Shown one piece after another: positions 7,441 through 16,299 of a stretch of 64,000 bases of DNA. Each line of letters begins with the position of its first letter. Positions within the stretch are counted from its first letter, which is position 1. The position numbers were made by a program, and so were the translations under genes. The stretch comes from Obrimoposthia wandeli (lineage: Eukaryota), in contig CDROCS010000998.1 in NCBI GenBank assembly GCA_977020255.1, positions 62,001 through 126,000 of the forward strand, read 5' to 3'. The notes below the pieces were generated by a model. It ran no database searches and had not been told where the DNA came from. It worked only from the letters and a program-made list of their open reading frames with translations.

Positions 7441-10116
7441 ATGATGGCTATTTCTCGTCGTACCTTATTAAAAACCTCTATTGCCACAGCTGTTGCCGCA
7501 GCGGGTGGTTTTACGATCTTTCCAGCGTCGAAAATCTTTGCTGACGATGATGTTGATGTCATTCCACACGCGAGCCACTGGGGTCCGTTTAACGCAATAG
7601 TTAAAGACGGCATTTTAATTGGTGTTCAGCCTCTTAAAGAACTGGATGCGATGCCAACTGAGATGTTGACCGAAGGTCTTCTGAGCCGCGTCTATGATAA
7701 AACTCGGGTGAAATATCCCATGGTCAGAAAATCTTACCTTGCAGATCCAAAAGGTGACAATAAGCCCCATTTACGCGGAAAAGAACCTTTTGTACAAGTC
7801 AGCTGGGAAACGGCTTTATCCCTTGTGGCCGATAGCATTCAAACCACAGCTCAAGAATATGGAAATGAGGCTATTTTCAGTAGCTCTTATGGAGGGTGGT
7901 CTCATGCAGGTTTAATGCGACCTCAAGTATTGCAAGGGCGTTTCTTTAATTTGATCGGCGGGCAAAGTACAACAACGGGCGATTACTCTGGGGGCGCATC
8001 TCAAGTTATCTTGCCCCACGTTATTGGCGATATGGAAGTCTACTCGCCACAAACAGCATGGCCTGTTATTGAAAAACACACTGAAGTATTTGTGCTCATC
8101 GGTTGTGACCCTTGGAAAAATAATCGCATTGAATTTCGCGTCGCTGATCATCAAATGTACCCTCGCTGGAAACAGTTTGCCGAGAAAGGCATTCAATTTA
8201 TTTCGATCAATCCACAGCGTACCCGTACCGATGATGAAATGGATGCTGAATGGGTCAAGATCGTGCCTAATACCGATACCGCCCTGTTTCTTGCTATGGC
8301 GCAATATGCCTATGAAAAAGAACTGTATAACCCAACGTATTTAGCGCGCTATACCGTGGGTGCCGATAAATATATTGACCATCTAATGGGTAAAAACGAT
8401 GGAATTGTGAAATCACCACAATGGGCAGAAAAAATTACGGGTATTTCTGCAGAAAAGATCAAAGAAATGGCAAAGCTGTTCGCTAACAAGAAAACACAGT
8501 TTGCCGCAGGCTGGTCACTTCAACGGGCTGATCATGGTGAAATGGTTCACTGGGCGATCATTAATTTTGCAGCTATGTTGGGTAAAATAGGCAAGCCAGG
8601 AGAAGGGGTTGGTTTTAGCTGGCACTATGGTAACGGCGGCATGCCTCAATCAGGCAAAGCATTGCCTGTTGGTTTATCACAGGGCAAAAATCCGGTAGAT
8701 AAAGTTTGTCCTGCTTCACGTATCTCTGAAATGTTAAATAACCCAGGTAAACGCTTTACCCGTGATGGCATAGAATATACCTACCCTGATGTTAAAGTCG
8801 TTTATAACGCTGGTAATAATCTCTTATCACATCAGCAGAATACCAACGAGTTGATTACGGCATTAAACCAAAAGGTCGATACCTTTATTTGCCAAGATCC
8901 CTGGTGGTGTGCTTCTTCCCGCTATGCTGACATCGTACTGCCTGCAACGAGTTCGCTAGAACGTGATGACCTTTCCTCTGGCGGCACATACAGTAACGAT
9001 AAAATCTATGCGATGCGCCAAGTAATCCAACCTTATGGCGAAAGTTTGGATGACTTTGAAATTTTCCGTCGACTCTCAAAAATATTTGGGGTCGAAGAGC
9101 AATTTACCGATGGTTTAGCCTTCAATGATATTTTAAAACGTGCTTATAAAGCCTCATCAGCCACCTTGCCATTTGAAGACTTTTGGCTACAAGGTGTCGC
9201 GCACCTCCCTATCGCTGAATCTGCCAATGACTGGGTAAGGCATGGGGATTTCTATCAAGATCCTGAACAATTCCCACTTCATACCACATCAGGAAAAATT
9301 GAGCTTTACTGCCAAGATATTGCTGATTTTGAAGTGAAAGATTGCCCACCGATGCCAACCTTCATTGAACCGTTTGAATACCTTGGTAATGCAAAAACCA
9401 ATGCCGTGCATGTTGTTAGCCCTCACCCGTATATGCGCTTGCACTCTCAAATGGCAAATTCGGATGTACGTAAACGTGAAGATGTACAAGGAAGACAATA
9501 CGTACTGATAAACAATCAAGATGCTGAAAAGCATGGAATCCGTTCTGGTCAACTGGTTGAAATTTTTAATGATCGTGGACGAATTATTGCAGGCGCAAAA
9601 GTGTCGGATAAAATCATGCAAGGGGTGATCAGCCTAGAAGAAGGCGCATGGTTACAGTTTGACAGTCAGGGGCGCTGTAACAGCGGAGCGATTAATGTTT
9701 TAACCTCTAGCAATGCTTCCAGTGAGTTAAGCCAAGCCAACAGTGCAAATACCTGTTTAGCGTATATCCAACGCTGTCGAGACTCAGAATCATCGAACTT
9801 GGCTTTTGAACCACCACAAATATTAACGACAGACAACGGCACTAATATTGCCAAGCTGAATATCACCCTTGCGGTCGATCAAATAAAGCAAAATGATGTT
9901 AAGCAAAGCGTGGGGGAACAGCTTTTTTATCAACGTTGCACCATGTGTCATTCAGCAAAAGATCCCCGTCAATACACCAAAGTACAATGGCAAGGCATTA
10001 CCAAAAGTATGTTCCCTCGGGCAGGATTAAACCCCGCAGAGAGAAAGCAAGTAATGGACTTTCTTGAGGAAAACGCAAAAGACAGCAAAGATGGGGCTAA
10101 GGTAGGCAGCCTCTAA
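7441..10116 (+). CDS. Tat-exported molybdopterin S/N-oxide reductase (TorZ/BisC/DorA type) fused to a C-terminal monoheme cytochrome c
   Basis: SRRTLLK twin-Arg signal; HASHWG; SYGGW; GDYSGGA (Mo-Ser); no N-terminal Fe-S motif; C-terminal LFYQRCTMCH...SM heme-c domain. Confidence 0.9.
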   Translation: MMAISRRTLLKTSIATAVAAAGGFTIFPASKIFADDDVDVIPHASHWGPFNAIVKDGILIGVQPLKELDAMPTEMLTEGLLSRVYDKTRVKYPMVRKSYLADPKGDNKPHLRGKEPFVQVSWETALSLVADSIQTTAQEYGNEAIFSSSYGGWSHAGLMRPQVLQGRFFNLIGGQSTTTGDYSGGASQVILPHVIGDMEVYSPQTAWPVIEKHTEVFVLIGCDPWKNNRIEFRVADHQMYPRWKQFAEKGIQFISINPQRTRTDDEMDAEWVKIVPNTDTALFLAMAQYAYEKELYNPTYLARYTVGADKYIDHLMGKNDGIVKSPQWAEKITGISAEKIKEMAKLFANKKTQFAAGWSLQRADHGEMVHWAIINFAAMLGKIGKPGEGVGFSWHYGNGGMPQSGKALPVGLSQGKNPVDKVCPASRISEMLNNPGKRFTRDGIEYTYPDVKVVYNAGNNLLSHQQNTNELITALNQKVDTFICQDPWWCASSRYADIVLPATSSLERDDLSSGGTYSNDKIYAMRQVIQPYGESLDDFEIFRRLSKIFGVEEQFTDGLAFNDILKRAYKASSATLPFEDFWLQGVAHLPIAESANDWVRHGDFYQDPEQFPLHTTSGKIELYCQDIADFEVKDCPPMPTFIEPFEYLGNAKTNAVHVVSPHPYMRLHSQMANSDVRKREDVQGRQYVLINNQDAEKHGIRSGQLVEIFNDRGRIIAGAKVSDKIMQGVISLEEGAWLQFDSQGRCNSGAINVLTSSNASSELSQANSANTCLAYIQRCRDSESSNLAFEPPQILTTDNGTNIAKLNITLAVDQIKQNDVKQSVGEQLFYQRCTMCHSAKDPRQYTKVQWQGITKSMFPRAGLNPAERKQVMDFLEENAKDSKDGAKVGSL

Positions 10117-10136
10117 CGTCTAATGCCAAAAGAAAG

Positions 10137-10170
10137 AACGGCTCTGGGCATACCCTCAGAGCCATTTTTT
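10137..10170 (+). terminator. Palindrome family A copy acting as likely terminator
   Basis: AACGGCTCTGGGCATACCCTCAGAGCCATTTTTT just after the reductase stop. Confidence 0.7.
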
Positions 10171-10228
10171 CAAAATCAGACAACGAATTGTCTTGAGCGA
10201 TATAATATCGGGTTAAGAAAGCACGTAA

Positions 10229-10738
10229 TTACATGCTTATATTTTTTGACATATTGTAGCCCGAGATTGTAAATCCAACCTCTTGATACAGAGCTAGTGC
10301 TCGTTGGTTATGGTAAGCAACGCGCAGTTTAATCTGATTGATGCCCTGTGAAGCCAATTGGTTTTCTAATGCTGAAATTGCTTGCTTACCATACCCATTT
10401 CTTCGATGCTCATCTGCCACATAAAAATCATAGATAAACGTCGATGAATCACTTTTGTTGAGCGAATGCCACAAATAACCGATAACCTCAGGCTTACCGG
10501 CCAAGTGGATTTCGATGCACAACAAATCATGCTCGCTGCTTTCTAGTCCGTGTGGAAAAGATTTAACGAGCTCTTTCTGAGCCATCTCTGTTGCAACCTG
10601 CATTGAGTGCCCATAATTTTCAGCTATTTCATGGCTATAATCAGCTATGAAATAGTCACAGTAAGCGGGATATTCATCCACACGCATTTCTCGAAGGTTA
10701 ACCACGTCAAAATCCTTTTGGGTTGTCAATAAATGCAT
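10229..10738 (-). CDS. GNAT family N-acetyltransferase
   Basis: Acetyl-CoA motif HRRNGYGK; N..ALALYQEVGF. Confidence 0.9.
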   Translation of the reverse strand: MHLLTTQKDFDVVNLREMRVDEYPAYCDYFIADYSHEIAENYGHSMQVATEMAQKELVKSFPHGLESSEHDLLCIEIHLAGKPEVIGYLWHSLNKSDSSTFIYDFYVADEHRRNGYGKQAISALENQLASQGINQIKLRVAYHNQRALALYQEVGFTISGYNMSKNISM

Positions 10739-11621
10739 AGACCTAGCGATGACTTATGCCACATTGATTATCGTACTCCATTAAGCCAATTTATACCCAG
10801 TTTACGACAAAATCTCATAACCTCGCGGTATGTTATGGAGTGGGCTAATTCATTACATTAAACCCATGATAATCAGATTCTATTATGTGATTAATGTCGG
10901 TGTTTCATGTATTACAAATCATCGCTTAATCTAATTAATAGCCAAATTTTTATGTTTTACTTTAGGGAAGACTGTCTCTTTCTTTTGGTTTTTGAGTGTG
11001 CTTTTGTTGGCTGACCATTCCTGGTTAATAAGTGGTTAGTCAATAGTGTTCATTTAGTTACCAACTATGGTCATACAGAATATTCTGTGATCAAATATAG
11101 ATTATGGTGATGCCGTTTCCGCATAACAGAATTGATTTAAGCATTTCAAACGATATGGAAAGCTAAGTAGAATATTAATAAATTCAACGGACGAATGATT
11201 AATTATTAATAATAATGTCGGTTTTATTCTGATGGTTTAACTTATTGAACCATTTAGATTAGATAATATAGGTATCATCTAAATATCTATTAATAACAGG
11301 ATGATATAAACACCTCACTCATGAAAACCACAAGACAGACTAGAATTATTTGTGTGTTTTGATTGTTTAAAATTTAATAAACATTCTATTTGTTAAGGTG
11401 TTTTATTATTGGCAAACAAGATTCAGAGGTCAGTAATTAAACTGTTCAATGAGTTTTCAGAAAGAAATGCTTTCTAAAAAAGCAGATCCAAACAATTTTT
11501 ATCAGTATTAACAAACTAACAGACGTGGTTTGTTATCTGAGGCCTGTCTACCCAAAATTAATTTGCGATTCAGTTCAACACTGATGTCGCAATATAAATA
11601 GAAAAAAATAAAGGATTTATT

Positions 11622-12926
11622 ATGCTGTTACTGGAAATTATTTTATTGTTGGGATGTATCATACTTGCCGCTCGTTTGGGTGGTATAGGTGTCGGATTGG
11701 CTGGTGGTGTAGGGATGGTGATCGCCGTCTTTATAATGGGCCTATCTCCCGGAGATATACCTGTTTCTGTTATTTTGATCATCATGTCGGTCATTCTTGC
11801 TTTATCTGTAATGCAGCAAGCTGGCGGTATGGGGTACATGGTTAAATGCGCAGAGAAAATGTTGCGCAATAACCCTAAATACATCAATATTCTCGCGCCT
11901 GCTACGACCTTTGTATTAACAACCCTTGCAGGCACTGGCTATACCGCCATGTCTGTTTTAAACGTTATTCAGCAGGTTGCCAAAGAGAATGGGGTTCGCC
12001 CAAGCCAACCGTTAAGCTCGGCTGTTGTCGCGTCACAAATCGCGATTACGGCTTCGCCTATATCAGGTGCAACAGCTGCTATGTATGTTGTGGTAGAGCA
12101 GATGGGCGTAAACTTTTTTGATGCCCTCTGTGTGATCTTTCCTGCAGCACTAGTTGGCTCTGTGGTTGCTGCCTTTGTTGCCAGCAAGCAGGGTGTAGAG
12201 CTGGCTGAAGACCCTATCTATCAAGATCGCTTGAAAAAAGGTCTGGTTAACTTTAGTTCCGAGGAAGAAAAAGGTGAGGAGCCGACCTCAGAAGCAAAAC
12301 GTTCGGTAATGTTATTCCTAGGCGGTGTTATCTTCATTGTCTGCATGTTGATGTTTAAATCAGTGATTGGCCACACATTAGGCTCTAAAGATATTATTGT
12401 CATTACGATGCTATTTATTTCATTCGTGATGGCAATGACATGTAAGGTGCAATTATCGGAAATTAAGCATGCCCCAATATTTAGAGATGGTGCTGAATCT
12501 TTAATTGTTATTCTCGGTATTGTGTGGCTAAGTTCTACCATCATTGGTGCCCATATTGGTGAGATTAAAGATGTTGCAGGCAGTGTGTTAAACGAGTATC
12601 CAGCATTACTTTCAGTCGTCTTTTTCGCTACTAGTGCCCTGCTGTTTAGTCAGGGAGCTACCAGCGCATTATTAGTGCCAATTGCGGCGACCTTGGGTGT
12701 AGATGCCGGTACTATCTTGGCTAGCTTTGTTGCTGTTAGTGCGTTGTATATGACTAACATCTACCCAACCACGGCTTTTGCTATTGCGACTGATGACACT
12801 GGGTCATTCTTAAGTAATAGGTGGAATGGCTCGCTGATCATCAACCACCCATTCTTCCTACCTGGCTCGTTGGGAATTGTGAGCGCTGTACCTGTTGGCT
12901 TCTTCCTTTCAAGTATCTTTATTTAA
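11622..12926 (+). CDS. Anaerobic C4-dicarboxylate transporter, DcuA/DcuB family
   Basis: GARLGGIGVG-like start; AGTG; RPSQPLSSAVVASQIAITASPISGA; YPT...DDTG motifs. Confidence 0.85.
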   Translation: MLLLEIILLLGCIILAARLGGIGVGLAGGVGMVIAVFIMGLSPGDIPVSVILIIMSVILALSVMQQAGGMGYMVKCAEKMLRNNPKYINILAPATTFVLTTLAGTGYTAMSVLNVIQQVAKENGVRPSQPLSSAVVASQIAITASPISGATAAMYVVVEQMGVNFFDALCVIFPAALVGSVVAAFVASKQGVELAEDPIYQDRLKKGLVNFSSEEEKGEEPTSEAKRSVMLFLGGVIFIVCMLMFKSVIGHTLGSKDIIVITMLFISFVMAMTCKVQLSEIKHAPIFRDGAESLIVILGIVWLSSTIIGAHIGEIKDVAGSVLNEYPALLSVVFFATSALLFSQGATSALLVPIAATLGVDAGTILASFVAVSALYMTNIYPTTAFAIATDDTGSFLSNRWNGSLIINHPFFLPGSLGIVSAVPVGFFLSSIFI

Positions 12927-12949
12927 TCACTACCCCCTGTTGTGGTATG

Positions 12950-12985
12950 AAAAAGGTCAGGTGAGTTCTTCCCTGACCTTTTTTT
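12950..12985 (+). terminator. Rho-independent terminator of dcu
   Basis: AAAAAGGTCAGG-loop-CCTGACCTTTTTTT. Confidence 0.8.
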
Positions 12986-13010
12986 GTGTTCAGCACGTAT
13001 AACGATTTAG

Positions 13011-13047
13011 AAAAAAACGGCCCTGAGCATACACTCAGGGCCGTTTC
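13011..13047. repeat. Palindrome family A copy (left of the depolymerase gene)
   Basis: AAAAAAACGGCCCTGAGCATACACTCAGGGCCGTTTC; near-identical to 14456-14492. Confidence 0.85.
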
Positions 13048-13107
13048 TGATTTATTTGACCTGCATTAACGTTCCTTGCAAGACTCATTATTTAAACCCC
13101 AATAAAT

Positions 13108-13190
13108 TATACCCTGATCGCATATGTCTTTTGTAAATCACAATCATAAATGCAATTAACTGCATATTTGCATATCATCGCGATGGGTAT
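13108..13190. repeat. Small ERIC/MITE-like inverted-repeat element
   Basis: Starts TATACCCTGATCGCATATG and ends CATATCATCGCGATGGGTAT (imperfect terminal inverted repeats). Confidence 0.4.
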
Positions 13191-13329
13191 GGCCCACCGG
13201 TAACCCGAGCGTGTACAACATTTTCAAGCCACTCTATCTTTGTGTTTATGTAACATAGTTTTAACTAAATCTTGTAAGGACACAAAACCGATAACTATTG
13301 TTAATATTACCAATTGCCAGGAGGCAAAC

Positions 13330-14427
13330 ATGATAAAGGAACTTAGAATCATAATTGCTCTATTGTTTATTTCTCTTAGCACCACAGTTCTTGCGACACA
13401 AACAGAACTTCCTGCACTGAATGCTCTTCCCAACGAAACCTCCATATCAGGGTTATCCTCCGGTGCTTTTATGGCGGCTCAATTCCATGTCGCCTACTCT
13501 AAAGATCTGGTTGGCGCAGGAATAGTCGCAGGTGGGCCATGGAACTGTGCCGGCAACAATCCATTCAGCAACCCGTTTATTACGCCAATTCTGAACGCAA
13601 CAACGACCTGCATGAATCCCTGTAAAAACAGCATTGTCGGCTGCCCGTCAATAATGTACCCAGACAGTGATTTTTTGGTCGATCTTGCGAAAGACACAGC
13701 TGATTCCGATGAAATTGATGCCGTAGACAATCTGAAGGATGACAAAGTATATATCTTCTCTGGAGCAAGTGATAAAACCGTCGTGACAGGCGTTGTCGAC
13801 ACCACCGCTAAGTTTTACCAGAAACTAGGAGTGAGTGAAGATCATATACTGTACAACAAGCAAATTAACGCAGGCCATGCCTTTATCACCACCGATCAAA
13901 ACGACACCCAGTGCGACAAAACTCAAGAACCGTTTATCAATAATTGCGATATTCCGCAGGCTCAGCGTATTCTCGAACACATATACGGTGATCAGAACCC
14001 TGCAGCCAAGAAATTAAGCGGCGAACTCATTGAGTTTAATCAGAGTGCCTTTTTTGACAACCCACTCACGAGCATGGACGAAACCGCGTTTGTGTATATA
14101 CCCGAAAATTGCCGTGCAGAGCAATGTAAAGTTCATGTCGCCGTACATGGCTGTGAACAAGGCGCCTCCGAAATAGGGACAAAATATGTAAAGGAAACGG
14201 GTTATTTAGAAGCCGCAGATACCAACAGCATGGTTGTGCTCTTCCCTCAAGTTAATAAATCAATGCTAAACCCTATGAATCCCAATGGGTGTTGGGATTT
14301 CTGGGGTTATAGTACCAACAATCTTCCACCGTATAATTACTACAGTAAAGATGCGCCGCAGATGGTAGCGATTAATAAAATGATTGCTCGCCTGATCAGT
14401 AAACCACTGCATCTCACACAAAAATAA
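13330..14427 (+). CDS. Secreted poly(3-hydroxybutyrate) depolymerase-like esterase, catalytic domain only
   Basis: GGAGG RBS at ATG 13330; signal peptide; SISGLSSGAFMA lipase box, GASD, GHAF, HGC and GCWDFWG motifs. Confidence 0.8.
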   Translation: MIKELRIIIALLFISLSTTVLATQTELPALNALPNETSISGLSSGAFMAAQFHVAYSKDLVGAGIVAGGPWNCAGNNPFSNPFITPILNATTTCMNPCKNSIVGCPSIMYPDSDFLVDLAKDTADSDEIDAVDNLKDDKVYIFSGASDKTVVTGVVDTTAKFYQKLGVSEDHILYNKQINAGHAFITTDQNDTQCDKTQEPFINNCDIPQAQRILEHIYGDQNPAAKKLSGELIEFNQSAFFDNPLTSMDETAFVYIPENCRAEQCKVHVAVHGCEQGASEIGTKYVKETGYLEAADTNSMVVLFPQVNKSMLNPMNPNGCWDFWGYSTNNLPPYNYYSKDAPQMVAINKMIARLISKPLHLTQK

Positions 14428-14455
14428 GTGTCTAGTTTCACCATACTCAGAAATT

Positions 14456-14492
14456 AAAAAAACGGCCCTGAGCATACACTCAGAGCCGTTTT
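14456..14492. repeat. Palindrome family A copy (right of the depolymerase gene)
   Basis: AAAAAAACGGCCCTGAGCATACACTCAGAGCCGTTTT. Confidence 0.85.
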
Positions 14493-14522
14493 CCCGTTCC
14501 GTAATCCCTGCGTTCCAAACAG

Positions 14523-14557
14523 GGTTTTGCCAAGTTCATAGGCAACTTGGCAAAACC
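14523..14557 (-). terminator. Strong hairpin downstream of ackA
   Basis: 14-bp perfect stem GGTTTTGCCAAGTT/AACTTGGCAAAACC; weak U-tract. Confidence 0.55.
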
Positions 14558-14583
14558 AACCCTTGAAAGGTTGGCATAATCTA

Positions 14584-15777
14584 TTAAGCGTGTAAAAGCG
14601 CCATAGATTCTTTAGCAATTACCCACTCTTCATTAGTTGGAATAACCATTGCGAGAGGCGTATTTGCCTGCGTGATAACACCGTCTTTCCCAAAACGTGC
14701 ATCAGCATTTGCGGCTTCATCTTCACGGTAACCAAAGATCTTAAGAGACTTAAGAATTTGGCGACGGATAGGTAATGAATTCTCACCAATTCCACCCGTA
14801 AAGATGATGCCATCTAATTCATCTAATGCCACCATGTAAGAGGCAATGTATTTTGCTACACGGTAAGTGAAGATTTCAAATGCTAGTGTTGCACCAACAT
14901 GGCCTTCTTCCATCGCTTCGATAACACCACGACAGTCGCTTGTTAAGCCAGAAACACCCAAGAAGCCAGAGTTAGAATTTAGCTCTTTAAATACTTGTTC
15001 TGGAGTCCAGTCCTTTTTCAGCAAGAACTCAATAATACCTGGGTCCAAATCACCACAACGTGTGCCCATCATTAAGCCTGATAGCGGTGTAAAGCCCATG
15101 CTTGTATCAACACTCTGGCCGTCTTTAATTGCACAAACTGATGCGCCATTGCCAAGGTGTACTGAAATAAAGCTGCTTTTTTCAATAGGCTTATTAATCA
15201 CTTTAGCTGCTTCACGGCTCACATAGTAATGGCTTGTGCCGTGGAAGCCGTAACGACGAATGCCGTAGTCATCATATAGCTTGCTTGAAATTGCACCAGT
15301 ATATGCTTTTGCAGGCATTGTTTGGTGGAATGCAGTATCAAACACGGCATATTGAGATAATGCAGGGAAAGCAGCGATTGCAGCTCGCATACCTACAACG
15401 TGTGCAGGGTTATGCAGCGGCGCTAGATCGCTAAGATTTTCAATTTCTTGTAAGACAGTTTCATCAATCTTAACAGTTTGAGTAAACTTCTCGCCACCGT
15501 GTACAACACGGTGACCGACAGCAACGATATCTTGTTTAATACCTTGCTCTTCAAGTAAAGCTACAATACGGTCAATTGCTTGCTTATGATGGTTGCCATT
15601 ATCGCTTAGTTGAAACTTATGTTTCTTACCATCGATTTTCCAGCTAACGTTTGCGTCAGCAAGACCAAAACACTCGCCAATACCATTTAAGGTTGCTTCG
15701 CCACTAACCGTATCGATTAGTGCAAATTTAAGTGAAGAACTACCAGAATTGATTACAAGAACTAAAGAATTGCTCAT
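14584..15777 (-). CDS. ackA: Acetate kinase
   Basis: VLVINSGSSSLK, GHRVVHGG, APLHNP, GFHGTSH, FTGGIGENS, IPTNEE; start taken at ATG 15777. Confidence 0.97.
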   Translation of the reverse strand: MSNSLVLVINSGSSSLKFALIDTVSGEATLNGIGECFGLADANVSWKIDGKKHKFQLSDNGNHHKQAIDRIVALLEEQGIKQDIVAVGHRVVHGGEKFTQTVKIDETVLQEIENLSDLAPLHNPAHVVGMRAAIAAFPALSQYAVFDTAFHQTMPAKAYTGAISSKLYDDYGIRRYGFHGTSHYYVSREAAKVINKPIEKSSFISVHLGNGASVCAIKDGQSVDTSMGFTPLSGLMMGTRCGDLDPGIIEFLLKKDWTPEQVFKELNSNSGFLGVSGLTSDCRGVIEAMEEGHVGATLAFEIFTYRVAKYIASYMVALDELDGIIFTGGIGENSLPIRRQILKSLKIFGYREDEAANADARFGKDGVITQANTPLAMVIPTNEEWVIAKESMALLHA

Positions 15778-16299
15778 GGTTATCTCATCAGAAAAAAAGG
15801 TAAACAGGACAAAATGCTGTCCAAACACACGTCAATCATACTTCGCAAATAAAATGTGTGGAGCAGCATTTTCTTTGCTTCATTTATATAAATATATCAT
15901 ACTCAATTTTTTTTTAAAGTCTCAACTTTTGTTTTAATTCGAGGCTAAAAATTTAAGCAAAACTGGCTTAGATCAATTTTTATCGGGTCATAGATTATTT
16001 TCCGAACAAAATACCAGCAAAGATTAAAATTTAGTTGAGTAAAAGAGGCGGAGGCTTCTGACGGCTGGAATATCACATCAACCAATCAACAATACATTAG
16101 CCGCAATGCGCCCTTATTCTAATAGCGAGAAACCGTTATCGTGAAAATATCATGTAGGGTTTTACAAGACTTGGGTATATATATTAATGGTGCCGCCACC
16201 GATCAGAGCACCGTCACGATCAAAAAAGGCCATCATTTTTGATGGCCTCAAATAACATTACACTGTATTAAACAATACTAAAACAACATGTAAAACCGC

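Noticed and set aside
13011-14492. Integron attC interpretation of the flanking repeats
   Set aside because: No RYYYAAC/GTTRRRY core sites at the proper positions, and no intI in the window.
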